A program made the translations under genes and the position numbers. A stretch of 63,412 bases of DNA, the filler included, from Chiloscyllium plagiosum (Eukaryota): assembly GCF_004010195.1 (NCBI RefSeq). It is 4 parts of one record of this genome, joined end to end, with 100 filler letters (N's around TTAATTAATTAA, not from the genome) between each part and the next. Parts side by side here need not be neighbours in the genome. Positions count along the whole stretch, not along the records: positions 15,982 to 40,838 come from NC_057713.1; positions 40,939 to 58,114 come from NC_057713.1; 2 more parts are not named here. The stretch is one strand, 5' to 3'. The notes beneath the pieces were generated by a model. It was given only the letters and a program-made list of their open reading frames with translations. It ran no database searches and was not told the DNA's origin. Shown here in pieces: positions 37,850-50,395 of the stretch; position 1 is the stretch's first letter, and each line of letters starts with the position of its first letter.

Positions 37850-38580
37850 CTCAGTCCTACAGCATGGAAATGCACCCTCAGTCCAATCAATCCATGCTGA
37901 CTATAATCCCAAATTAAACTAATCCCACCTGTCTGTGCTTGGCCCATATCCCCCCAAACATTTCTTATTCATGTACTTACCTAAAGGTCTTTTAAACATT
38001 GGAACTGTACTAGCATCCTCTGGAAGTCATTTCCTCACACAAGCATGTCAAAAAAAAAATTGCCCTGATGTCTTTTATAAATTTTTCCCCTCTCACCTTA
38101 AAATATGCCCCCTCATCTTGAACTGGTCAGCCCTCAGGAAAAAACACCTGCCTTTCACCTTAGATAAACTCTCATGATTTTTTGAACCTCTATAAGGTCA
38201 CCTCTCAACCTTCTATGTTCCAGTGAAAAATAGTCCCAGCATCTCCATATCACTCAAACCCTCCATTCCTGGCAACAACCTGGCAAGTCTCTTCTGAAAC
38301 TTCTCCAACTTTATAATATCCTTCTTCTAAACAAGGAGACCAGAACTAGATAGAGTACTACAGAAGAGATCTCACCAACCTGTTCAACCTCAAAATAATG
38401 TTCCAACTCCTACACTCAAAGGTCTGAGCAGTGAAGACAAGCATACTAAAGCCTTTTTAACCATCCTGTCTGTATGTGATGCAAGCTTCAAAGAATTATG
38501 TACCTGAAGCCCTAGGTCTCTCTCTCTCTGTTCTTCAACACTGCCCAAGACCTTTCTTTTAATTGTATAAATCTTGATAA
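37850..38580 (-). mobile_element. CR1 3' fragment
   Basis: VLGSVEEQ..DLGLQVHNSLK and a CR1 3' region. Confidence 0.8.
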
Positions 38581-38649
38581 GGGTTTGAGTGGATGCATGT
38601 GCGCATGTGAGGTAGCAGAGATAGTTAATGTGTAAAGCAGAGAAAATAT

Positions 38650-38860
38650 GGTACCATGGCAGAGTGGAGAAGATCACTGGTTGTCCAGATAATGGAAAGT
38701 GCACAAATCTGGTTGGCAACCTCAAACGTGGCTGGTATGACCTGGTGTTGGAGACTCCTTTGCTGGTTCTGATGGAACCCTGCCCACATAACCTCCCAGT
38801 GTCTGTTTGCTAAATGAGACATCAAGTTCCCTTTATCTGCCGTGTCTGGGGCAAATGTCA
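38650..38860 (-). pseudogene. Possible Harbinger Myb/SANT-like ORF relic
   Basis: QVIPATFEVANQICALSIIWTT resembles the AW.EVA..V.A.S..RT pattern. Confidence 0.3.
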
Positions 38861-40369
38861 CTCACTGTGCAGGGCAGAGTTGAACTGAAGGTTCGTGTTG
38901 ATATGCGCAACAGCCTTTTAAAGATGCTGCTGACGCCAGGGATCCCAGTCTGTTTCTGGATATCTGGGCAGTGGCATATTCTTCCAGCTATGACAAGTGG
39001 GAGAATTGAGATGGTATTGGATAATAGGGGGACCACTGGGGTGAGGTAGGCAGTTAATAAGGTACATTTGGAATGATAATACAAGAAAATTCACTAAGCT
39101 TCATGGAGAGATATGGTCTACGAAACTCCATGAAATTGGCAATTAGCCAAAACTGTAAAATTCAGTCCATAATGCTTTTTCTATTTTCTACTTGTTGCAA
39201 TCTTATCAATGTCCTTCTCTAGAAATAGTAAATTCTACTTTAGTTGAGGAAGTATTTTCTATGAGATGAAAAACATGTTGGATCAAATTTATACTCTCCT
39301 ATTGTATATAAAATATCCCAGCTACTATTAACAATGTACAGAATATCTATGTTAAAACTGTCTGCGCATGCCAAAGCGTGCTCATAAAATGTTATGAAAG
39401 TTGTGGGATTTAATTTCATTTGTGCATTGTGATTGTTATCTTTAACAAATGTAACATGTTTTATCAATGTTAACACAGAAACAGAAGTACCGAGGTAGTT
39501 TTGCATTTTGTTACATGTACGGTTTCACTCTGTAATGCTCAACTGTCCATGTATCATGCTTCATGAATTTTTTTATTAATAAAAAGAAGTAACTTCCTGG
39601 TAACCTCTCTATTCTCATTACATTTAAGGCTAAATTTTGAAAGCTAAGAAGTGAAAAATTAGATGTGTATATATTTTACTTGTGTTCACTGGGAGATGTA
39701 TTAACCGCAGAATTTTCCACTTATTTGACAATGTAGGCAATGGCAAGAAATGTGAAAAATATGGGGAAAATAAAGAAAACATATGGGGGGAAAAAAACCT
39801 GAATCTGGAAAAGTTTCCAATTTTCCACTTGAAGTATGAAAAATGACTTCTGAATCTCACTAATGACTAGTGTCTGCTGCCTTTCTGTGCATTTGAATCT
39901 CATTAGCCCAACCATCTAATTTCTATGCAGTTTCTGATCCTCTACTCCTTGCCTGAGAAACTCAATTGCGCCAGTTCTTGACATGAAAATCAGAGAGGTC
40001 AAGTGACACAGCAGCTTGTCTGTTGCTTCATGAGTTTATCCAAATTGGTCTTCATCACAAAGTCCCTGGAAGCTCCATGGACATCTCCCCCACACCCCCC
40101 AAGCCCAACACTTCATCCAGACATCAATAAACCACCAGCCTCAGCACAATGCCTGCTCTCAGACCAACTCTTGCCAACCTATTTTCAATTAATTACAGTT
40201 ATCATTCATACCTACTTTGCATCAAAATCAATCCTTTACCACAGTAAGCAATCCCTTTCTCCTGGGGCTTCCTTACATTCTGTTCCACTCACTACTCCTC
40301 CCCTTTGTCAACAGCATAAATTCCACAATTTTTAAGCCATGTTCAGTTCCGATGAAAATCCATGGTACT

Positions 40370-40838
40370 TAGAGTCATAGAGATGAAACAGACCCTTCGG
40401 TCCAACCCATCCATGCAGACCAGATAGTCCCACCTGCCAACAGGAAGGATAGAAAGGGAGGCAAGAGAGGAGGGAGAGTGGTGTTTTTGATAAGGGATAG
40501 CATTACAGCTGTAGTGAGGGAGGATATTCCTGGAAATACATCCAGGGAAGTTATTTGGGTGAAACTGAGAAATAAGAAAGGGATGATCACCTTATTGGGA
40601 TTGTATTATAGACCCCCTAATAGTCAGAGGGAAATTGAGAAACAAACTTGTAAGGAGATCTCAGCTATCTGTAAGAATAATAGGGTGGTTATGGTAGGAG
40701 ATTTTAACTTTCCCAACATAGACTGGGACTGCCATAGTGTTAAAGGTTCAGATGGAGAGGAATTTCTTAAGTGTGTACAAGACAATTTTCTGATTCAGTA
40801 TGTGGATGTACCTACTAGAGAAGGTGCAAAACCTGACC
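40370..40838 (+). mobile_element. CR1 ORF2 APE endonuclease segment (40438-40838, +) joined to an antisense CR1 tail (40370-40437)
   Basis: LGLYYRPPNS..VMVGDFNFPNIDW..QYVDVPTREGA, open until the gap. Confidence 0.88.
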
Positions 40839-40938
40839 NNNNNNNNNNNNNNNNNNNNNNNNNNNNNNNNNNNNNNNNNNNNTTAATTAATTAANNNNNN
40901 NNNNNNNNNNNNNNNNNNNNNNNNNNNNNNNNNNNNNN
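40839..40938. other. Artificial gap spacer
   Basis: N44-TTAATTAATTAA-N44. Confidence 0.95.
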
Positions 40939-41108
40939 ATTCCCAGTGCCCCTCCCCCAAATTCCCTCCCCCCTACCCTTTATCTCAGCCCGCATGGCAC
41001 ACCAGCCTCATTCCTGAAGAAGGACTTATGCCCGAAACGTCGATTCTCCTGTTCCTCGGATGCTGCCTGGCCTGCTGTGTTTTTCCAGCACCACATTTTT
41101 CAACTCTG
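40939..41108 (+). mobile_element. Penelope 3' end with hammerhead core
   Basis: CTGAAGA-A-GGAC-ttat-GCCC-GAAACGTC at 41014-41041. Confidence 0.85.
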
Positions 41109-41345
41109 AAACATCTATATCCTGGAACCTGCAACAACCATTCCTGTCCCTGCTCTACCCATTTCTCCAAAATGGCCACAACATCGAAGTCTCATTCTCC
41201 TGTTCCTCGGATGCTGCCTGGCCTGCTGTGTTTTTCCAGCACCACATTTTTCAACTCTGAAACATCTATATCCTGGAACCTGCAACAACCATTCCTGTCC
41301 CTGCTCTACCCATTTCTCCAAAATGGCCACAACATCGAAGTCTCA
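41044..41345 (+). repeat. Exact 151-bp tandem duplication
   Basis: 41044-41194 equals 41195-41345. Confidence 0.9.
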
Positions 41346-42885
41346 GGTACCAACCCATGCTGCAAGTTCACCTACCTTATTCCAGATGCCCCTGACTTTG
41401 AAGTCGACACACTTTAAACCACCTTCCTGCTTGCCGGTGAACTCTTGCGATCTTGAAACCTCATTTCTGATCTCACTACTCCCAACGTCCTGGACACTGG
41501 AACTACAATTTAGGCTCCCATCCCCCTGCTGAATTAATTTAAACCCTCCCAAAAAGCATTAATATATCTCACCTCCAGGATATTGGTACTCCTTTGATTC
41601 AGGTGTGGATAATCCTGTTTGTAGTGGTCCCATCTACCCCAGAATGAGCCCCAATTACCTCGGTATCTGAAACCCTCCCTCCTGCACCAGCCCTGTAGCC
41701 GCGTTTTCAATTCCACTCTCTCCCTATTCCTCAGCTTCCCAGTACATGGCATGGGTAACAAACCAGAGATAACAACTCTGTTTGTTCTAGCTCCAAGTTT
41801 CCACCCTAGCTCTTTGAACATCTGCCTTAAATCCCCATCCATTTTCCTACCTATGTCATTAGTGCCTATTGTGGACCATGACTTGGGGCTGCTCCTCCTC
41901 CCCTCAAGGATCCCAAAAACACGATCTGAGACATCATGAACCCTGGCACCTGGGAGGCAACCCACCAACTGTGAGTCTCTCATTCTCACAGAACCTCCTA
42001 TATGTCCCCCTAACTGTGAGTCCCCAGTGACTAATGCTCTGCTAATCTCTCTCCTTCCGTTCTGAGCAACAGGTACAGAATCTGTGCCAGAGACATGTAC
42101 CCCATGGCTTACCCCTGGTAAGTCAACATCTCCTCCCCCAACAGTATCCAAAACAGTACATTTGTTATTGAGGGGAACAGCCACAGGGGTTCCCTGCACT
42201 GCCTGCCAGTTCCCTTTCCATCCCCTAACTGTAACCCATCTGCCTCTTTCTTGCACCTGAGGTATGACTACTTCCCTGTAACTCCTCTTGATAAACCCCT
42301 CCACCTCCCGAATGGTCCAAAGTTCATCTAGCTCCAGCTCCAGTTCCCTAATGTGGTTTTCAAGGAGCTGGAGTCGGGTGCTCTTCCTGCAGATGAAGTC
42401 AGCAGGAACACTCGTGGTGACCCTTAACTCCCACATTCTGCAGGAGGAACATTCAAATGCCCTAACCGCCATTCCCACTATTCTAAATTCCCAAAGAGAC
42501 TGCAGAAAATAAAGAATAAATTAAAAACTAGTTACCTTACCAATTCGGTGTACAAAATCTTTTCTTTTGGTTAAAGGAGGCAGATGGGTGGGAGACACTA
42601 AGTAATGACTCGGATAGCGCAACCACCCAAATATATGACTTCACTTACTCAGCAGTCCCGTGTCCGCTCCTGCTCAATGTGCACTGCGCCTGTTCATGAG
42701 ATAAATTTTTAAATCAGTGATTCACCTTCCCGTCACCCCCAGTCGACACTTCAGCTCTTCCTGCTGCTGAACCAAAAATGGAGGGTTCTGACGCTCAAGG
42801 TAAGTTTTTAAATCTGTGATTCATCTTCCCATCAGCCCCCTGTTCGACGCTCCTGTTCTTCCTGCTGCTGAAACAAAAATGGCAC
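41109..42885 (-). mobile_element. CR1 5' half: 5'UTR with ~100-bp tandem units, ORF1 and start of ORF2
   Basis: Two ~100-bp units at about 42700-42781 and 42800-42882. ORF2 start GLKCVDFKVRGIWNKVGELAAWV. Confidence 0.85.
41534..42478 (-). CDS. CR1 ORF1: Cys-rich finger, coiled coil, SGNH-esterase-like domain (314 aa, locally garbled)
   Basis: CSSCRMWE..FICRK, LENHIRELELEL, VTGDS, CLPGARV, IGTNDIG, VVISGLLP, QDYPHLN. Confidence 0.75.
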   Translation of the reverse strand: MGMAVRAFECSSCRMWELRVTTSVPADFICRKSTRLQLLENHIRELELELDELWTIREVEGFIKRSYREVVIPQVQERGRWVTVRGWKGNWQAVQGTPVAVPLNNKCTVLDTVGGGDVDLPGVSHGVHVSGTDSVPVAQNGRREISRALVTGDSQLGGHIGGSVRMRDSQLVGCLPGARVHDVSDRVFGILEGRRSSPKSWSTIGTNDIGRKMDGDLRQMFKELGWKLGARTNRVVISGLLPMPCTGKLRNRERVELKTRLQGWCRREGFRYRGNWGSFWGRWDHYKQDYPHLNQRSTNILEVRYINAFWEGLN

Positions 42886-43490
42886 AAATTGTACAAAAAT
42901 TGTACTTGGTATAGAGAAACATAATTGTGGTTGTCAGAGGTCAGTCATCTCAGGTCCAGGACGTCTCTGCAGGAGTTCCTCAGGGTAGTGTCCTCGGCAC
43001 AACAATCTTTAGCTGCTTCATCTATGACCTTCCCTACATCATAAGGTCAGAAATGGAGATGCTCGCTGATAATTTAACAATATACAGTACCAGTCACAAC
43101 TTCTCAGATACTTAAGCAGTCCATGACCAAATTATGCAAGACTGCATAATATCCAGTTTTGGACTGACAAGTGGCAAGTAACACCTACTCCACACAAATT
43201 CCAGACAATGATCATTTCTAATGAAAAAAGAATCTAACCATCGACCTTTGATGAAACCTGAGGGTTATCATTGATCAAAAACTGAATTGGACTCACCATG
43301 TAGCTACAGTAGTTACAACAGCAGGTCAGGGGCTAGGAGTATACTGTGGCGAGTAACTCACCTCCCTAATCCCCAAACTCTGTCCATCATCTACAAGATA
43401 CAAGCCAGGCATGTGATGGAGTGATCCCTACTTGCCTGGATGAATGCAGCTCCAACAACACTCAAGAAGTTTGAGAACATTCTGGACAAA

Positions 43491-43720
43491 TGATTTGGAA
43501 GTGCTGGTGTTGGACTGGGCTGTACAAAGTTAAAAATTACACAACACCAGGTTATAGTTCAACAGGTTTCATTGGAAACATTAGCTTTCGGAGCGCCGCT
43601 TATTCCTCAGGTGGTCGTGGAGTCACTCCACAACCCACCTGATGAAAGAACAGCGCTCCGAAAGCTAGTGCTTCCAAATAAACCTGTCGGACTATAACCT
43701 GGTGTTGTGTGATTTTTAAT
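43491..43720. mobile_element. Penelope fold-back
   Basis: Inverted arms centred near 43624. TSD tggacaaa at 43483-43490 and 43723-43730. Confidence 0.85.
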
Positions 43721-44082
43721 CATGGACAAAGCAGCTCAGTGATAAGCATTGCATCCACAATCACTGACTCCCTGCATCACTGACACTCAATAGCAGTATT
43801 GTGTACTATTGACAAGATGCACAGCAGAAATTTAACATAAATTCTAAAACAGCACCTTCCAACCCATGACTACTTCCATGTAGAAAGACAAGGACAGCAG
43901 AGAAATGGGAACACCCGCCACCTGCAAGATTCCCCCTGAACCACTCACCATCCTGACTTGGATATTTAGTGCCATTCCTTCAGTGTTGCTGCGTCAAAAT
44001 CCTTGAATTTCCTCCTCGATGGCATTGTGGATCAACCTACAGTAAATAGTCTGCAGTTCACCACATTATCCAAAAGAACTGA

Positions 44083-44431
44083 GCAGCATGGTGGCTGAGT
44101 GGTTAGCACTGCTGCCTCACAGTGCCAGGGACCTGGGTTTAATCCCACCTTCAGGTGTCTGTCTGTCTAGAGTTTGCACATTCTTCCAGTGCCTGCATGG
44201 GATTCCTCCAGGTGCTCTGATTTCCTCCCACAGTCCAAAGATGTGCAGGTTGCGTGGATTAGCCACAATAAATTGTCCATAGTGTCCAGGGATGTGCAGG
44301 CTGGGTGGATTAGCCATGGGAAATGCAGGGTTCCAGGGACAGCATAGTGGGATGAGTCTGGATAGGATGCTCTTTGGAAGGTCAGTGTGGACTTGATGTG
44401 TTTCCACACTGAAGGGATTCGATGATTCTAA
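44083..44431 (+). mobile_element. HE1-like V-SINE
   Basis: tRNA head, V-domain and tail. Confidence 0.88.
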
Positions 44432-47399
44432 CTGGGGTCAGGTAATAAATGCTGGGTCAGCCAACGAAGCCCACATCCCATAAATAAATAGAAAAGGTTT
44501 ATGTTGTCTTGTTATGAATTTCCCCACCAGAGAAAATAATTCACCTTCTGAATTCACTTTCATGATTTTATTCACCTTGGGTTAAAATTTAATTTGGAAT
44601 TTGAAACCCCAGCATCAGAACTAAATAGTAGGCCTGAGCATGCACTTGCCGATTGTGAGACTGGCTTGGCAATTTTCCACTGGTAGCTCCCTCCTTAGCT
44701 GCCCCCAGGCTTGCAGTCCTATTAAAGATGTCTTATAAGATGTAAATGCTGCCAGCTAGATCAGAGCGCTGACAGCTGTGAAGCCTCGCAGCCCCATAGG
44801 ATAAGACAACTGCTGCTGGGGCATGTCTGAGATCAAGCGGGTGCCTAAACACGGAAAGGGTAAAAATTAAAAATCAGATGTCAGGAAGGAGGCCCCTTTA
44901 CTGCTTGCCAGTGTTTCTTTGGTTCATGGTCTCGCTGATCCTGTTGTTCCCCTGTTCCTAAGCTACCAACAGAGGCTATTTCAATGAAGCTGATAGTCTC
45001 TCCACATCCCAGGGAGCTGCTCTGCTGCTGTCATAATGCTGTAGACTTGCAAATCATCCCAATAGTGTTTCAATTGTTTAAACTGGCTGCCTGCCAGACA
45101 AGACAGGCTGCTGAGCTGCTTCTGTTCCCATCTTGGGGCAACTGCCTCAGCAGCAAGCCTGTATTGGGAGGCCTTTCCAATGCAGGTCCCCACTAATTTT
45201 CCAGGTACTACGCCTTCTCCAACTCTAACTCTATAAGGCAAGGATAATTCTATCCCTCAACTGTCTAAGATTATAAGAATGTAAGTCAAGTTAATGCAAC
45301 ATGTCCTTATAATTTAATCCTTTCATCCTTGGTGTAATTCAGGCAAATCTGTAATTTGAGCTGCTTCAAGGCTAATCCAACTATCCTGAGGTAAAATTGA
45401 ATGTAATGCTTTTAATAGAGTCTGACAGAAACAACTCCACACTTCTGTTGTGTGACCCCATGAAATTAAGGGCAACAATCTAGTAGGATCCACACTCAAC
45501 TTGTACATATAACCCTTCATTCCTTCAATCAATTCAGTGGTGTACATGGTGTGAAGGGGAGCCAGCAGTAGTAATCCCTGAAGAATACTGCTTGTCATTT
45601 TCCACCAAGCAGAGAAAATTCCCTCATTCCTACTCTGTTTGATTCCCTCAAAAAACAAATAATTAATGTCCCAAGGGAACCTCTGAGTTCATGTGCTTGT
45701 TTTACTAATAATTGCACTCATTGTGCTAATAAACCTTCAGTGAAATCTTATCAGATATATTCTAAACATTAATATAGACAATGTGAATGGGTATTCCTTA
45801 ACCTTTATACTACACAACACCTCAGAACAAAAAAAAATTTATGTTAATCAGACAACGCCTACCCTTCAGAAACCTATACTGATTCTCCTTGGTCATTTGG
45901 CTCTTGCCCAAGTGCTCTATCTCAACAAATATTCCATCATCTCAGTGATATTTTAGAAGGATCTATATATTTGTTAACCTTTGTGTTTCTGTTGTGATCT
46001 GCTAAATTGCTCTGGATCATCATGAATAAAATATCAACGGTATCTAATCTGTTTTGAGACAGGCTGAGGCTTTGCACGCAGTCAATATGAAGAAAGTGAT
46101 ATTGGCAAATACAAAATCTCACAACAGCACAGCTTTCTCAAAAGAAAGTAACTTAATATAAATTTTCAAAATTAACCCTCAGAAGAAATTTCAAACCAAT
46201 CATGTAACTAGTACTGTCGATTTAGGGATATAATCTAAACTTGCAGCCGAGAATTTTATTTATTTTTCAAAAGGAAATTTCACAGGTTAAATGACAGTTC
46301 TTAAAAATATTAGCATTTTGCATATGTTTTAAGATTTTTAATTATTGACATTATAAAATTCTTTCTAGTGAATATTTTATGCAGCAATAATGGAGCTGAT
46401 GATAAGGGCCATTAGGTCACAGCTGCCTGTTATAATCAGTCTTCTTGAAATATCCTCAGCAGAGAGGCATAAAAATGAATAACAAATATGCTTATATTAA
46501 AAAGTACTTTTGCAGCTTCCCATGTTTACATTTTGAGCCCTTTGACTGTTTAGAAGTGCGCATTAAATAGAAAAAAAAGCGATTAAAAAGAAAATTAAAC
46601 TCACATGTTTACTGTACAGCTAGTATTTTCCTCAGGTCCAGAAGCAAGGAATGACCCTAAAGGTCAGATCTATAGTGGGATGAAGATGAAGGTACTTAAT
46701 TTCTATATTTCTAACCATTTGTGAATCACAAATGGGACAGATTTCCTTTGCATTCACTGCATGTAACAAAATTGTAAAGCTTTTATTTACAAAGTTAAAA
46801 ATAACATGTTTAATCAATCATATCTTGGTTGTTCAGATTTAATATTTAAAGTTTGCATGATCACCTAGAAACATAGAATAGTTTTCTGTGCCCTTTGAGG
46901 ATGAGCTGGAAGCTACAAAGGAGTGGAATATCAAATAGAGGACCTCGAAATTGCAGCCCCACATCATTGATGTTGTTGCCATCAGTATGATTGGCAGGAC
47001 ATAGTGCTTGAATGTGGCAGGAAAGCAATGAGGCCGGTTAATTAGATATTTGACTGAAATTTTACAAGGGTTTTACATTTTACGAATGGTGTATGAGAAC
47101 ATTCAGGTCAAATCTGGTAAAAGGAGACATTTGTGATTCACAAATGGGTAAGTGAGAATTGCAGTCTGGTTCTCGTCAGTAGTCACTGAGAGAGCCAATG
47201 TGACATGCCAGGAAGGATGTGAGCATTGGGCACTTGTAAGCAGGGGAGGAGAAAGGTTTCTCGCACTGCAATGTCATGCTGTTCATTAAACTGCATGGGT
47301 GGTGCATTATAATAAGAGTTATTGCACACTGAGAAGGGCTTCATTCATTCAGGCTTCAGAAACCTCATTGAGAAGAAGATCTGGTTGAGAAAGAAGGAG

Positions 47400-48260
47400 C
47401 CCCAGACATAAACAGGGGAGATGTCAAACCTACTTAAATGCCAACTGTAGGGAATGCAAAGAGGGAACTCAGATAAAGGACACAGAAGTTCATGTAACCA
47501 GCCTCTGAATACAAAAGAAACTATTCACCATTGGATGGATCAGAAGTGCCTCAGCTATCTTCAAAAGTTGGAAATGTTTCTCAGGACTGTGCCTCTCCAA
47601 GGAGGCAGTCACTGAGCTGTGTTGATTTTTGGAAGGTGAGTTGAGTTCTACACCTCTGGATCAGTCCAAGGATCAAGTGGAGATTTTTGTGGGTTATGTG
47701 GAATATCTTCTGGTCTGTAAGACATGATGCATCAAGATAGTGACTGATATTCTGTTCAGGAGGACTGGTGAATACATTTCTACATTGATTCAAACAGTCA
47801 AGTTGAGAGCTTCATTGAGTTTGGGGCCATTGCTGGATTGCTTTGAGTGCAGATTGTGTTTGGCTTCATTTACGTAACTATTCAGCCTCCTGCAGGCCAG
47901 CCAGAAATTTTCATTACAGAGCAGCATTCCATTCCATCAATGTCCAACTATTCTGCAGCCACAACAGATTGATCCTTCAGGTGTCTGGATATTTCTTGAC
48001 AACAGCCATGACATACTTTGGCAGTTTCAGATGCCACAGCTTTTCTGTAAAGACTGAGGAATGGATTCTGAGTGATGGGGCCTATTATCTGAACTCACTG
48101 CTACCCACACCTACCCACTCAGCAGGATCCTGTATACATGATTCAGTTGTCTAGATTGGTCAGTTGCTTCACTTCAGTATGGCACAGTGAAAATCACATG
48201 TATTATGATTGCCTTCTGTGCATTGCATTGTACAACCTGGAACTGCAAAAAGGGAGGTAT
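47400..48260 (+). pseudogene. PIF/Harbinger DDE transposase relic
   Basis: AFHSINVQLFCSHN (GFHSINVQ.VCD), WILSDGAYYLNSLLPTP (WLLGD.GYPL..WLMTP), and ALYNL (ALHNL). Confidence 0.7.
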
Positions 48261-48544
48261 TAATAAAGCGGATCTTGTAAAGTGTCTCCCTGATGATAAA
48301 GATGTAGAGAATTCTTCTGACTAGATAATGTAAGATGAAGGAGCCCAGCTACCACAGGTAAGGTGCAACGCAATAAGCACAAATGGGGTTTTATATACTA
48401 ATATGCAGACATTTCACTTGGTCCTTACTACCTATTGAAACCATGCCAATAAAGCCTTTCTGTGGCCCTATTATTACCTCTACTTATTATTCCATTGCCA
48501 TGCATCCACTTGCACATCATGCAATAGAAACATGAAAATCTGGC

Positions 48545-48790
48545 CTGATATGGCAATGCTCCCACAAGGACATTGAACAGTTCATCAACTTCACCAACAC
48601 CTTCCACCTTGACCTCAAGTTCACATGGACTATCACCTCCCTTCCCTTCCTGGACCTCTTTGTCTCTGTCTCTGGCAACCGACTCAACATGGTTACCTAT
48701 ATAAAACTCACCAACTCCCACAGTTACCTTAACTACACCTTCCCCACACTCACTCCTGTAAAAACTTTGGACCTTCCCTTCCTTGCACCC
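48545..48790 (+). mobile_element. Penelope RT fragment
   Basis: IEQFINFTNTFHLDLKFTWT..LPFLDLFVS..KLTNSHSYLNY. Confidence 0.8.
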
Positions 48791-49149
48791 TCCATGACGG
48801 GAAACTAAAACTATCAATCCAGCGGGGTTCCAGGTGTGTTAGTGCCTTGGTGTTTAACCTCTACAGAGTTTCAGAGCACACCAACTTTGTTCAATACCTA
48901 CTCCCAAAGTCTCGTCCTGATGGACAGAATAAATTAATGTTAAAATCCAGGCCAAAATGTAAGGTATGTTTGAGAGACACCAGTTTCAGAGTTACCTTTG
49001 AGAACTGGAGACTGTGGTGGAACATTAAAATTGTCACCAAAAAGAGTTCACAGTCCAAAAGGATTGCTGGAAAAATTATCTCAGAAGTATGACAAAGGTA
49101 AAAAATAGCACATAATGAAGTGATGTTGACAAAAATAAATTCTTGCATT

Positions 49150-49480
49150 AATTAGCACCTCTCACAAAGTCACTGCTGTAATTTAGAAAATGGGGCAGTC
49201 ATGTGCACTCAGGAAGCTTTCACAAAAAACCTGATAATCTGTTTTGTGCAATGTAATTGAAGGGTAAACATATACCAGGACACCATGGATACATTCTCTG
49301 CTCTCCTTCAAAATAACACTATGGGACCTTTTACATCCACCTGAACAGGGACATGAAATCAGAGCCAAACATCTCATCCAGAAGAGAGCACCTTCAACAT
49401 TTCAACATTGTTATAGAGAATCTGTCTTGACTTTTGCTCAATTATTCTGACTTAGAAACAAGTGCACAACCAACTGAGGG
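49150..49480 (-). mobile_element. Deu-domain SINE (SacSINE/AmnSINE-related)
   Basis: Minus strand: ctcagttgg head, then ggatgagatg..caggtggatgtaaaaggtcccat..tattttgaagg..gtcctgg..acagattatc. Confidence 0.65.
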
Positions 49481-50305
49481 CCATCTTGGACAAAGTACAA
49501 AGACAATGTTATATCACATAATCTGCATATTTTCTTATAAATTATTTTATTTTACATTATAATAGTGTTCAACATTTTATAGTATTTATACATTCTTGTT
49601 TATGCTAACATACAATTCATAAGGACATATTATAGTTTTCAACAAATTTATTTATAACATTCATGCTTCACTACCTCTAAATTTCCCTAAACTTTCAATG
49701 TGAAAATTGTGGTGAGGAATTGATTATGATAACCTTGTGCAGTAATGGCACGTCTCCCTCACATTCAAGGCAAGTTTCCATACTGGTATAATTAGTTAAG
49801 CTACTCACTAACCTTTCTTACCAATTCCAAACTAATTAGAACCTTTCAAAAAATGAAGTTATCCTGTTATCGGTTCATCTATTTTAGGAGCAACATATAA
49901 CTAATTAAAATTATCCTGAACACATAACAATATTAGTGGTGAACTTTTGTGTGGTTTATCCCTCACATAAGCCAAATTCCAAAAAAAACAATGTAAATGG
50001 TACTGATTCTTACACTGGGACTTAAGTTTTCAATCAAATATTAACAAGAGAAACCTGGTGGAAATTTAACTTCTAAAGATAATTTGTTTTTTTGATCATG
50101 ATCAGTAAATTGTTATTCTTCATAATTTCTGCATCTTTGTTTTTAATACAGCATAACTGGCTACCATTCCAGAACAAAATTAAAACAAAACACCCATGGA
50201 ATTAATATTGTAAAGTGACACTGTTTGCCAAAATGGATTGTCTTTCAATCAAACACATCAAATTGACGAGGGTCAGAGATTGAGATGAGTAGTATTGTAT
50301 AATGT

Positions 50306-50395
50306 AGATTAGAGTGATGCTGGAAAAGCACAGCAGGTCAGGCAGCATCCCAGGAGCAGGAAAATCTACATTTTGGGCAAAAGCCCTTCATCAAA
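50306..50395 (-). mobile_element. Penelope-tail fragment
   Basis: Shared terminus and flanking tattgtat.atgt duplication. Confidence 0.75.

Larger units (their letters stand above)
42905..44485 (+). mobile_element. Second-family CR1/L2 LINE with nested Penelope and HE1
   Basis: SAGVPQGSVLGTTIFSCFIYDLP..MLADN. The 3' end resumes after the SINE at about 44432. Confidence 0.8.

Noticed and set aside
48428..48817. 129-aa minus ORF
   Set aside because: Antisense shadow of a Penelope RT fragment.
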